40,178 bases of DNA. It comes from Candidatus Heimdallarchaeota archaeon (GTDB lineage: Archaea; Asgardarchaeota; Heimdallarchaeia; Heimdallarchaeales; Heimdallarchaeaceae). Each line of letters begins with the position of its first letter. Positions within the stretch are counted from its first letter, which is position 1. The notes under the pieces were generated by a model. The model was not told the origin of the DNA and did not search any database. It saw only the letters and a list, made by a program, of their open reading frames with translations. The stretch spans positions 1 to 40,178 of the forward strand of contig JABCTC010000033.1 of the NCBI GenBank assembly GCA_018238545.1. The letters are read 5' to 3'. Shown here one piece after another: positions 17,814 through 27,025 of the stretch. A program made the position numbers and the translations under genes.

Positions 17814-19952
17814 TCAGTTGACTACGGTCATTGCATTAATAATAACAAGCAGAGAAGCACCAAGATCACCTATAAGAACAGCTAACCATAGTAAAGAATC
17901 GCCGAAGAAACTTCCAATAGCTGCAATTGAAACGCTTAGAAACACTAATACAAAAAATGAGAGTTTAATGAAGAGTGAGAGAAAAATATTAATTCTAATC
18001 GTTCTTTGGGTTTCTTTGCTAAGTTTGAACAAATATGGGAGACTGAATAAATCATCAGAAGCAAGCACTATATCGGCAGTCTCAATCGCAATTGCTGTAC
18101 CAGCTACCCCCATCGCTATTCCAACATCAGAAAGAGCTAAAGCTGGAGCATCATTTATTCCATCTCCAATCATTGCAATTGATTGACCATTATCTTTAAC
18201 TTCTTTGACATATTGCATTTTATCTTCAGGAAGTAATTCTGCTCTATAATCAATCCCTAACTCGCTAGCAATTTTTGAAGCTACCTCCTCATTATCTCCA
18301 GTGAGCATTACAATATTAGTTATTCCTATGTCTTTCAGAGCTTCAATAGACATTTTTGTTTCTAATCGCAGTTCATCAGACATATGTATGTGTGCTATTA
18401 CTTTCTCATCAGTTAAAACATAACTAACGATGCTTTCTGATTCCTCGCAATCCAAATCGCATGATTCAAGTGTTAAGACCTTATCAACCAGTGCTTCATT
18501 TCCAAGATAGAAATTTGTGTCTTTTCTTGTACCCTTAATTCCCATTCCGGGGAGAATCTTGACATCTTTATAACCAAACAATCTGGAATTGTTCCTTTCG
18601 CCAAGATCTATTATAGCTTGAGCAATCTTATGCTCTGAATGGTATTCTAGACCATAAGCTATTTCAATTATTTCTTGTTTTGAATAACCTTCCAAAGCTT
18701 CTACTTTATAGGCACGCAAATTTCCTGTGGATAAAGTGCCGGTTTTATCCATAGCAACTGTATCGACATCAGAAAGTGCTTCTAGAAATTTTCCACCTTT
18801 GATCAATACTCCACGTTTGGAGGCACGTGTTATAGCAGTAACTACAGTGATGGGAGTTGAAAGAACTAGTGCACATGGGCAGGATATAACCAAAATAACC
18901 AAACTTTGATACAACCAGTAACGAAGAGTTTCTGTATCTATTGGAATATTAAGAAATACCCCTGGTACAAGGAAAACTAACAATGCGACACCAACCATAA
19001 TAGGTGTATAATATTTTGCGAACCTCTGGATAAACAATTCTCTTTTTGACTTCTGTTGTTCTGCATCTTCAATAAGCAGTCTTATTCGGGCAACAGTAGA
19101 TTCTTGTGGCATTCTAGTAACTCGGATTATAATATAACCATCAAGATTTATAGAACCAGAAAAAACTTGATCTCCAACGGTTTTGACTATTGGTGTTGAT
19201 TCTCCTGTGATTGGACTCTGATCAACATTAGTATTGCCCCAGTCTATTTTCCCATCTATAGGTATTTTTCCTCCAGGTTTAACACTCACTCTATCTCCTA
19301 CAATTAAATCTTCTAAGGGTACAGTTTCATGCTTTTTACCTTTTATCAGTCTTATTGCTGTCGGAGGAGTCAAATCCATTAAAGATCGTATTGATTGCCT
19401 CGCTTTATCCATAGAAAAAGCTTCCAACAATTCAGCTAAAGTAAATAGGACGATGATCTCTGCTGCTTCTTCCCATTGTTCAATAATCATTGCACCAATT
19501 ATAGCTAATACCATTAGTAAATCGATATCAAATGTTCTAGCTCTTAGTGAGTTGAATGCTTTTGTATAAACCGGTATCCCTCCTACTACAATTACAGGAA
19601 TATAGAACAGTGGGTGATAATGTTGTACATTTAGAGAATCTATTATTAATGCCGTCACTAAAAATATTGCTCCCACAATGAAGAAAATCAAGTTTTTGTT
19701 GTGTTTGAGATTAAAAAATGATTTTTGCACATAGGTGTGATCAAATCCATAACCGGCTTTCTTGATGATTTTAATAATATCTTTCTCAGAAGTATTTTCA
19801 CTGTTATATTCAACGATGAGTTTTGTTGATACAAGATTAAGTTTAACATCTTTGATACCTAGAGTATTCTCTAAATTTTTTCGTACCTTGGCTACGCAAT
19901 TTGCGCAATCCATTCCAGCTACTACTCCACGTAACACAGGCATATTATTCAA
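17814..19952 (-). CDS. cadA: Heavy-metal P1B-type ATPase (Zn/Cd/Pb, ZntA/CadA-like); stop codon lies inside the inferred element end
   Basis: N-terminal HMA GMDCANC, TGES, SCPCAL, DKTGT, MLTGD, GDGINDAPAL, and Lys/Asp in the last TMs (IKL, GDLG). Confidence 0.92.
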   Translation of the reverse strand: MNNMPVLRGVVAGMDCANCVAKVRKNLENTLGIKDVKLNLVSTKLIVEYNSENTSEKDIIKIIKKAGYGFDHTYVQKSFFNLKHNKNLIFFIVGAIFLVTALIIDSLNVQHYHPLFYIPVIVVGGIPVYTKAFNSLRARTFDIDLLMVLAIIGAMIIEQWEEAAEIIVLFTLAELLEAFSMDKARQSIRSLMDLTPPTAIRLIKGKKHETVPLEDLIVGDRVSVKPGGKIPIDGKIDWGNTNVDQSPITGESTPIVKTVGDQVFSGSINLDGYIIIRVTRMPQESTVARIRLLIEDAEQQKSKRELFIQRFAKYYTPIMVGVALLVFLVPGVFLNIPIDTETLRYWLYQSLVILVISCPCALVLSTPITVVTAITRASKRGVLIKGGKFLEALSDVDTVAMDKTGTLSTGNLRAYKVEALEGYSKQEIIEIAYGLEYHSEHKIAQAIIDLGERNNSRLFGYKDVKILPGMGIKGTRKDTNFYLGNEALVDKVLTLESCDLDCEESESIVSYVLTDEKVIAHIHMSDELRLETKMSIEALKDIGITNIVMLTGDNEEVASKIASELGIDYRAELLPEDKMQYVKEVKDNGQSIAMIGDGINDAPALALSDVGIAMGVAGTAIAIETADIVLASDDLFSLPYLFKLSKETQRTIRINIFLSLFIKLSFFVLVFLSVSIAAIGSFFGDSLLWLAVLIGDLGASLLVIINAMTVVN

Positions 19953-20017
19953 AATAATCTACAATTTATTGCACTTAAGAATTCTTATCTAGCAATAATT
20001 GTAAAGAAAAAGAAGAA

Positions 20018-20359
20018 CTAGAGTTTATCTAGTTTCTGTAATTTCAACATCTCTGGCATTGTTGCTTTGACTTTTAGCTTCTTTTGTTGATAAAGTTTGA
20101 AGCCAGAAACTTCACCTTTGTTTAAAGCTACAAATGTCTCAACATTCATCGAATACATAATAGTTGGATTATCTAGTTTTTTCTCTTCAAGAGGTTGTGG
20201 GACACCATCAACAAGCTCAATTACATAATATTCATCAATATCTGTAAAGTGGTACTGCAGTGTTTTATTCCAACCCTTAAAATGTCTAGCAACTTTTGGA
20301 TTAGTGTATTTTTCTGCTTGTTTTTTTAACAATTCAAGAAATTCTTCTTTGTCTGTCAT
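20018..20359 (-). CDS. SCP2 sterol/lipid-carrier domain protein
   Basis: LQYHFTD...YVIELVDG...PTIMYSMNVETFVALNKGEVSGFKLYQQKKLKVK fits the SCP2 pattern. Confidence 0.8.
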   Translation of the reverse strand: MTDKEEFLELLKKQAEKYTNPKVARHFKGWNKTLQYHFTDIDEYYVIELVDGVPQPLEEKKLDNPTIMYSMNVETFVALNKGEVSGFKLYQQKKLKVKATMPEMLKLQKLDKL

Positions 20360-20372
20360 TTTCTTATCTCCT

Positions 20373-20633
20373 TTATCCGTATTCGAATTTTACGCCTGTT
20401 CCACCTTTAGGTTCATTGAAGATAACAGCATCAAATTCACAGACATTCCAACAAGCTCCACATTCAACACAATCTTTCAAATTTACTGGACGATAGATTG
20501 CACCATCGGGTTGCCAAACATCTCTTGTACAGAATTTAGCACATTCACCGCAACCAGTACAATTCTCTTCAATAACTTTGATGAATTCTCCAGTGTCTCC
20601 AGGATAATACTCTACTTTTATTTCGAACTTCAT
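20373..20633 (-). CDS. 2[4Fe-4S] ferredoxin (FixX-like)
   Basis: CTGCGECAKFC and CVECGACWNVC; C-terminal PKGGTGVKFEYG as in FixX; ATGA overlap with the upstream gene. Confidence 0.92.
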   Translation of the reverse strand: MKFEIKVEYYPGDTGEFIKVIEENCTGCGECAKFCTRDVWQPDGAIYRPVNLKDCVECGACWNVCEFDAVIFNEPKGGTGVKFEYG

Positions 20634-21931
20634 TTTCTTTTCCTCTCATTGTATAAATTCTCAAAATATGGATCTACTTGAGCATATGGTTGCATCAATT
20701 CTAAGAAATCATAAGCATCTTGAATTCGTTCCATATCTTGGTCTTCGACACCTTTCATCCAATTAGTGTGGACTGCGTTTGAGATGAAACCTCCACCCAT
20801 GATTACTTGTTGCATCATTTGGGTTATTTCCTCATCAGTTTTACTCAATACAGTTTCTTTATTCACAGCCGCAATGTGTCTAAAGGTTTGCATGAATAAG
20901 TTTTCACTAATCAGTGTTTCATAAGTTTCTGCAAGTTTCTCTTTTGAGAAATCATTTGTTTCGATAGCTTTTGCAGCTGCTTGGGCAGCATAAATTCCAG
21001 TAAAATACGCTTCGACCATTCCCTCTCCTAGGAATGGGATAACAAATCCTCCTGCTTCTCCAGTTAGAATTAAACCATTTTTCACTCTTTGTTCAATTTT
21101 TTCGTCATATTCAAGGTGAAGTCCCCATGCAACAATCTTTCCACCTTCCAATTTTTTCTTTACAATTGGTAGATTCAGATAGTTTTCCATATACTTATTG
21201 ATATTTGGAAACTCATCATTCAAAAGATGCTCATCCATGTACCCACCGGTTCCTAAGGTGACGGTGTCTTTCTTTGGAAAAATCCATGGCCAAGTCTTAT
21301 GTTGAATTCCTGGCGATAGATAGTATTCAATACAATCGCCAAATCTTTCATTAATAACTTCTTCACCTAGTTCAACACACACTGTCACATAAAGAATCAT
21401 GTTTGTTCCTTTTCTTTTAGGGATAAGACCAGCTTTTCTTCCTACTATAGAGTTAACTCCAGCTGCATCTATTACCACTTTACCATAGAATTTTTCTCCT
21501 GTATCTGTGACAACACCCTTTACAGAACCATCTTCTTCGATTATGTCTAAAATTGTGGTTGATAACCTTACTTCTGCTCCAGCCTTCTTAGCTTCTTCAA
21601 CATGCCATGCATCATGATGATCTCTTCTTATAGATAAAAGTAAAAGACCTTTTGAAGGAATTTCATGAAAAACGGTAGTTCTATCTTTGTTTATATGGTA
21701 GGTTCGCATTTCACGAATTGCTCTTTCTACAGGTCCTTCCATCAAGTAATGTAGATCAGGGTCTACAAGAGCAGCTCCATTCAAACATGTGCCTGAAACA
21801 TTCTTTTCTCCAGGGACTTGTGATTTCTCAAAAAGAATAACTTTGAGCCCCAATTCAGCAGCTTTCTTTGCAGCTGCAGGTCCAGCGCAACCTGCGCCAA
21901 CTATAACAATATCATATTCATTATTACTCAT
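20630..21931 (-). CDS. FAD-dependent oxidoreductase, geranylgeranyl reductase/FixC family
   Basis: YDIVIVGAGCAG, EK...PGEKNVSG, RR..HD.W, DAAGVNS, WPWIFPK, GEAGG...PFLGEG. Start set at ATG 21931 (GGAGA RBS) rather than 21979. Confidence 0.88.
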   Translation of the reverse strand: MSNNEYDIVIVGAGCAGPAAAKKAAELGLKVILFEKSQVPGEKNVSGTCLNGAALVDPDLHYLMEGPVERAIREMRTYHINKDRTTVFHEIPSKGLLLLSIRRDHHDAWHVEEAKKAGAEVRLSTTILDIIEEDGSVKGVVTDTGEKFYGKVVIDAAGVNSIVGRKAGLIPKRKGTNMILYVTVCVELGEEVINERFGDCIEYYLSPGIQHKTWPWIFPKKDTVTLGTGGYMDEHLLNDEFPNINKYMENYLNLPIVKKKLEGGKIVAWGLHLEYDEKIEQRVKNGLILTGEAGGFVIPFLGEGMVEAYFTGIYAAQAAAKAIETNDFSKEKLAETYETLISENLFMQTFRHIAAVNKETVLSKTDEEITQMMQQVIMGGGFISNAVHTNWMKGVEDQDMERIQDAYDFLELMQPYAQVDPYFENLYNERKRK

Positions 21932-22178
21932 TTTCTTTTCTCCAATAGATGTAATATTACTTTGTACCATAAGATACAATTTCTCGTTACTTCTCTCTTA
22001 TATCGGGATTTAAGAAATACAAGAGTATTATAAACATTATGTGCTCTAACTTGAATAATTTCAACTTTCAGAGGTTTTTAATATGTTTTTATAGAAAAGT
22101 AATTCCATAAAATTGTAAATAGTAGATTCATGTTTTGGTTATAGAAAAGTAAAAATATTATATCTTCTGAATGCTCTT

Positions 22179-23369
22179 ATGGATCTCGTTGAATTCAAAC
22201 AAAAAATAATTGATGAATCAAAATCAATTGAACAGTATGTTATCAATACAAGAAGACATATTCATATGCATCCTGAAACAAAATTTGAGGAAGAAAAAAC
22301 TGCTCAATTCATCGAAGCAGAATTACATAAAATTGGTTATGAGACAGTAAGAACTGCAAAAACGGGAGTAATTGCAGTCTTGGAAGGTGCAAACGATGGA
22401 AAAACAGTTGCGCTTCGTGCAGATACCGATGCTCTGGACATTCAAGAGGAAAATGATGTTCCCTATAAGAGTAAAATCCCAGGAAAGATGCATGCATGTG
22501 GTCATGATACTCACATTGCAATGTTATTGGGTGCTGCTAAAATCCTTTACGAGAATAAAGATAAAGTAAATGGAAAAGTAAAGCTAATTTTTCAGCCAGC
22601 AGAAGAAGGAGGCGGTGGTGCAGCAAAGATTGTAGAAGAAGGACATTTAGATGATGTTGATTCTATCTTTGGCATTCACATATGGAGAGAATTAGATGCA
22701 GGAGTAATTGGAACACGAGTTGGTCCTTTTCTTGCGTCAGCTGATCAATTCAAAATAACTGTTAAAGGAAAAGGTGGTCATGCTGCTGTACCACAGCAAA
22801 CTTATGACCCTACTGCAGTTATTGTTGATATTTATAATGCTGTACAAAAAATAGTTAGTAGAGAAATAGACCCATTAGAAAAAGCTGTTATATCACTTCC
22901 TATGATTTCAGGGAGTGATGCTCATAACATTATTCCTTCTGAAGCTTGCATGGAAGGGACTTTTCGCACGTTCAACAATGAAATAAGAGAATTTATTATT
23001 AAACGTATATCAGAGATTGTAGAAGGTTATAGTCATGCATGGAGATGTGAAGGGAAAGCAGAATTTGAAATTGATGGCATATTCTATCCGGCAACGATAA
23101 ACCATAAGGAAAGCGTTGAAAATGTCATAGAGATCTTGAAACCTTTAGATGAAGTACAAGAAGTAGATTTAACCATGGGTGGTGAAGATTTTGCATTCTA
23201 TTTGAACAAAACAAAAGGAGCTTTCATAGCTTTAGGCTTATACAATGAAGATAAAGGCATAATACACCCTCACCATCATCCAAAATTCAACGTTGATGAA
23301 GAAGTACTTTGGAAAGGTACAGCTATATACGCCCTACTTGGTTTTTACCATTTATTTGTAAACAACTAA
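22179..23369 (+). CDS. M20D family amidohydrolase/carboxypeptidase
   Basis: RRHIHMHPE, ALRADTDAL, MHACGHD.H, FQPAEE, GKGGHAA, GGEDFAFY, HHHPKF. Confidence 0.95.
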   Translation: MDLVEFKQKIIDESKSIEQYVINTRRHIHMHPETKFEEEKTAQFIEAELHKIGYETVRTAKTGVIAVLEGANDGKTVALRADTDALDIQEENDVPYKSKIPGKMHACGHDTHIAMLLGAAKILYENKDKVNGKVKLIFQPAEEGGGGAAKIVEEGHLDDVDSIFGIHIWRELDAGVIGTRVGPFLASADQFKITVKGKGGHAAVPQQTYDPTAVIVDIYNAVQKIVSREIDPLEKAVISLPMISGSDAHNIIPSEACMEGTFRTFNNEIREFIIKRISEIVEGYSHAWRCEGKAEFEIDGIFYPATINHKESVENVIEILKPLDEVQEVDLTMGGEDFAFYLNKTKGAFIALGLYNEDKGIIHPHHHPKFNVDEEVLWKGTAIYALLGFYHLFVNN

Positions 23370-23373
23370 AAAC

Positions 23374-23415
23374 AGTGTAAGTTTGGACCTTCCCAGTCTT
23401 ACACTTTGTTTTTTT
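23374..23415 (+). terminator. Hairpin plus T-tract after the amidohydrolase gene
   Basis: AGTGTAAG (23374-23381) pairs with CTTACACT (23398-23405), followed by TTGTTTTTTT. Confidence 0.6.
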
Positions 23416-23711
23416 CATACTTCAGAACGTGTCGTTTGAAATCCATCCAATCTAGAACAAATTTAAGTAAAATTAATTATAAAATGTTTAAACAACCTTA
23501 CAAGAAGGTTAAATCTCTTTTTTGCAGTATAACCTTCACTTGAAAGTCATCTTAACAACAAGTAGGGTTTTAAGAAGGAAGTTCTCTATTTTTCTCGAAT
23601 ATTGAAGCTCTAACCCTTCAAAGAGTAACATATATATAATTAGAAATGAAATATCTAACTAGTGATAAACGCGAGTGTTATCACTAAATATAGCAATTAA
23701 CGGGGATTAAA

Positions 23712-24161
23712 GTGGTCAAAGAAGTCAGTTCTTTCGATAGTAACTCAATTCATCAATTGTTAGAGGATTATGCTCTAGCACCAAATCAAGTAAATGCCAT
23801 GAAATTAGGACAAGCAATTGCAATTGAAGAAGCACCTATTGAAGTGAAGAAATGGCGATTTCGTATGGCTTTGGATGTTCTTACACCAGACAAGGGAGTA
23901 TATGCAACAATCAAAGCATGGTCTTCAATCACATTATTAGAAGACAATATTCCCCCAAGCATGAAGATCGTTACAATAAAAGAGATGTTGAATAATCCAA
24001 ACTTAAGTCCAGGAGTACTGGATGTAGTTTTGAAGAACATCTTTGAGAGAAAAGAATTACCTCGAAATTTACTTAATTATCTTGCACCTGAATTCAAAAG
24101 AGCATCAAAGATATCAGATGAATTAAAGTCTTATGTTCTCAAAAAAGCAGACAAAAAATAA
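23712..24161 (+). CDS. Hypothetical helical protein
   Basis: GTG start with a GGGGA-5nt RBS and upstream TATATATAA; no family recognised. Confidence 0.75.
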   Translation: MVKEVSSFDSNSIHQLLEDYALAPNQVNAMKLGQAIAIEEAPIEVKKWRFRMALDVLTPDKGVYATIKAWSSITLLEDNIPPSMKIVTIKEMLNNPNLSPGVLDVVLKNIFERKELPRNLLNYLAPEFKRASKISDELKSYVLKKADKK

Positions 24162-24173
24162 GATAGAAGGAAG

Positions 24174-24950
24174 TTATTGCCTCATTTTTTCAAATGTTTT
24201 TACAATAGTTTTTACAAGAAATCGATCTATCCCAAATTGTAGAAACTGATAATTTTGTAATTCAAGAGCCAAAATGTCAACTAATTCATCTGAATTTAGC
24301 GTTGATTTGTATTTTTTCTTAGCTCCTTCAAAACAAACTATTAGTTCCTTATCGGTTAAACTCTGTAATCTCCACAGTATTAGACATCTTGAAAGAAAAA
24401 GAGCTAGTTCGTCAATATTCCTTAATTCTTGGTTTGGATTTAGAGTAAATTGGTAAAATAGATTTGCTACTATCTGAAACATCTCATATAGTTTGCTTGG
24501 ATATCGGGGATAGATTTTGAGGATATCTACTAAATCATCAAAGGAATTAATTTTTTCAATGGAAAAATCATTGCTATTGATTTCTTGATAAGTACAAATT
24601 TTATGACATTCGTGTAAGCCTTGATGAATGTCCTCAATTTCGCTTTTGAGATAATCTGGAATTTTCTTTCCTAAAGGATATTCCCGTGCAAGATAAAACA
24701 ATCTATGAATAATTCCCCCCAAATAATTTAGAAGATGTTTGCTAGGGTTTCTGTTTTTCTCCCAAACTATTGGTAGGAATTCAATGAGGAGATTGAAATT
24801 GGTATAAATATTCACATTCTCTGCTAAAATATCAACAACAAAACTTTTTGATATATTTTCAATATTCGCCTTAATAAATTTGAGATTGCTTGATGAAAGC
24901 CCTGTCTCTAAAACGAGATCATAAATCGATTCTTCTGCTTTGTTCATCAC
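24174..24950 (-). CDS. Hypothetical helical protein
   Basis: 258-aa ORF filling the gap between neighbours; no motif recognised. Confidence 0.7.
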   Translation of the reverse strand: MMNKAEESIYDLVLETGLSSSNLKFIKANIENISKSFVVDILAENVNIYTNFNLLIEFLPIVWEKNRNPSKHLLNYLGGIIHRLFYLAREYPLGKKIPDYLKSEIEDIHQGLHECHKICTYQEINSNDFSIEKINSFDDLVDILKIYPRYPSKLYEMFQIVANLFYQFTLNPNQELRNIDELALFLSRCLILWRLQSLTDKELIVCFEGAKKKYKSTLNSDELVDILALELQNYQFLQFGIDRFLVKTIVKTFEKMRQ

Positions 24951-25050
24951 AGAGTATACTCCTATATGGCTTATTATTTCTTTTTGAAGGACAACAAATG
25001 AAGCGAATAATTAACCAAAATGCTTTTTTACTGTGATTAGTTTTTTACAT

Positions 25051-26268
25051 ATGGATTTCTCTATCTTCATTCCTACGATAGAGATAGGACCACCGTTTGT
25101 AGGTCCTATGGCTGGTCTTCGTAGGTATTCCTATTCATTAGTTCAAGCTCTTGTTAATCTAAATGTTGACATCCATGTAGCAACAACAACTGAACTTCCA
25201 GAAGATGATGAATTACTAGAAAGAGATAACGTCCATTTTTACTATCTCCCATCACAGATTTCTGCAAAGGGAGCCTATAGCACCCAAACTCATTTTTACG
25301 CTCGAAATCATCGAAAGTTTTCTAAGCAAGCTTACGAGATTTTTGAAGAACTCAGTGCGGATACAAAGTTTTCTTTAATTCATTCAACTGAAGTATCTGC
25401 ATATTTCTTTGCAAAAGCTAAACGAAAGAAAAAATTATCGGTTCCATTAATAATATCTGTTCATGGAGCTGTAACAACAGGCAATCTAAAATCAAGGTTA
25501 TTTGTTAAACGACCGTATTCTAGACTCTTGAGAAAAACAGTAGCACAATGCGATTACATAGTTACCCATTCCCTTTCATTACTAGACAAAATCAAACGTA
25601 TGCCAAAAGCCGCAACAGAAAAAGTGAAAATTGTTCAAACTTCTTTAAATTGTAAAAGATATTCACAAATACCTAAGATAGAGGATAAAGAAGCTTTCAT
25701 TGATAAATATGACATAGATACTAGTAAGGTGAATATCTTGTTACAGGGACCTTTCATTTCGAGAAAACAGCAACTTGAAGTTGTTGATTATTTTCCAGAT
25801 ATTATAGAAAAACATTCTAAGATTCATTTTATAGTAATTGGGGAAGGACCACTATTACAAAAACTGAAAGAGAAAATTGTTAACTATAATATAGTTGATT
25901 ACGTTTGTCTGACAGGTTACATAAATGAGGAAGAGTTACTACTCGCTTACCATATAAGTGACATTCTTCTTTATCCTGGAAAAGAAGGAAGTTTTGGAAT
26001 TTCCATAATTGAGGCATTAGCTTCAGGTTTACCGATAGTTGCAGCTGATAAACCTCCAATGAATGAGATGTTACCTCCAAAATGTGGATGGTTATATCCA
26101 CCAGAGAAAGAGAAAATTCTTGTTGACAGAATAATGAAAATCATTAATGACAAAGAGAAGAGCCAACAAACAGCTTTTAAATCACAGCAACACGCTCTTA
26201 AAAATTATGATCATTCTATTGTAGGTAAAAAATTGTTGAAGGTATATAATGAAATTATAAAAAAGTAA
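25051..26268 (+). CDS. GT4 family glycosyltransferase
   Basis: GT-B fold motifs: IISVHG, RKQQ, VIGEGPL, LTGYI, EGSFGISIIEALASGLPIVA. Start set at ATG 25051. Confidence 0.92.
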   Translation: MDFSIFIPTIEIGPPFVGPMAGLRRYSYSLVQALVNLNVDIHVATTTELPEDDELLERDNVHFYYLPSQISAKGAYSTQTHFYARNHRKFSKQAYEIFEELSADTKFSLIHSTEVSAYFFAKAKRKKKLSVPLIISVHGAVTTGNLKSRLFVKRPYSRLLRKTVAQCDYIVTHSLSLLDKIKRMPKAATEKVKIVQTSLNCKRYSQIPKIEDKEAFIDKYDIDTSKVNILLQGPFISRKQQLEVVDYFPDIIEKHSKIHFIVIGEGPLLQKLKEKIVNYNIVDYVCLTGYINEEELLLAYHISDILLYPGKEGSFGISIIEALASGLPIVAADKPPMNEMLPPKCGWLYPPEKEKILVDRIMKIINDKEKSQQTAFKSQQHALKNYDHSIVGKKLLKVYNEIIKK

Positions 26269-26326
26269 ACTTCAAGTAAATTGGAATAACCTATTTTTAA
26301 TTTGGGGAAACTTACACTATAAAACT

Positions 26327-26929
26327 ATGAATAATAACTGGCAGGTCAAGCTTTTGAAACAAGAAAAGAAGGAAAAAGTGAAACGGAAATGGGCTCTTTA
26401 TCCTTATCGATTAGCACATCATCCATTGTGTGAAAGGTTTTCTGATCATGTTTACCACATCAAGGGCTATAAAATTTGCAAGGGCTGTGCTAATCTCTAC
26501 ATTGGTTTAATTATAGGCATTATCCTTGCCCCAATAGCTATTTTTGTTCTAAATATTAATTTCTGGATAGCACTTATAGCTACAAATATACTCTATATTT
26601 TTACGCCCTTAAGCTTGTTAATCAACCCACCACGTGTTTTAAAAGATTTTTTCAGATTATTGCTTGGTATTGCTATTATAAGCATGATGGCAACAATAAT
26701 TCTCGCAATTGTTGAGCTTTATCGTGGATTTAACATCTGGGCTCTAGTAATTATGATGATAACGATATTAGTCTATATTCTAAGTAAAAGGTATTTTATG
26801 AAAATGCGAAGCAGTGGAAACGAAAAAATTTGCAGAGAGTGCGACCAATTTGAACTTCCACTTTGTGAAGGAATGAGTCAAATTGAAGAAAGTAAGGAAA
26901 AAGTTTCTGTGCCATCAGAAATAAGTTAG
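26327..26929 (+). CDS. Membrane protein with Cys/His motifs (DUF2085-like)
   Basis: LAHHPLC..F.DH...ICKGC, four TM segments, and C-terminal CRECDQFELPLC. Confidence 0.6.
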   Translation: MNNNWQVKLLKQEKKEKVKRKWALYPYRLAHHPLCERFSDHVYHIKGYKICKGCANLYIGLIIGIILAPIAIFVLNINFWIALIATNILYIFTPLSLLINPPRVLKDFFRLLLGIAIISMMATIILAIVELYRGFNIWALVIMMITILVYILSKRYFMKMRSSGNEKICRECDQFELPLCEGMSQIEESKEKVSVPSEIS

Positions 26930-27025
26930 ATAAATAAGCAGTAAACTTTTATTTTACTTGTTTTTCTTTGAAATAGTAATGGAAATCCTTAATCTACCTA
27001 ACAAAACCTCCTTGGAGCATTCAGA

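Larger units (their letters stand above)
15716..17820 (-). mobile_element. Non-autonomous TnpB-like-encoding insertion element with imperfect inverted ends
   Basis: The right end is fixed by a second copy (40079-40178, 92/100 identical, flanks diverging exactly at GAAC). The left end is inferred from an inverted match (CAAC-N9-GAAACTT-ACC-CAATCTT on - from 17820 vs GAAC-N9-GAAACTT-GGT-CAAACTT on + from 15716). Visibly more GC-rich than the flanks; no transposase gene. Confidence 0.8.

Noticed and set aside
15716-17820. Possible type V CRISPR-Cas locus
   Set aside because: No repeat-spacer array or cas1/cas2/cas4 seen anywhere in the window.
17760-17825. CTGATGA-GCA-GAAAC on the - strand resembles a hammerhead ribozyme core, with a potential enclosing stem (AGTCAACT/AGCTGACT)
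   Set aside because: There is no stem II between CUGAUGA and GAAA and no correctly placed stem III/NUH cleavage triplet; GAAACTT is better explained as the element-end heptamer.
17821-17885. Rejoining the flanks gives the hydrolase a C-terminal 'DYGH', resembling a catalytic His motif
   Set aside because: That DNA is the antisense of the ATPase's conserved last TM and would need a ~140-bp convergent overlap; probably coincidence.
18626-18640. SEHK instead of the usual SEHP in the P1B ATPase N-domain
   Set aside because: A single substitution with all other catalytic motifs intact; not enough to infer changed function.
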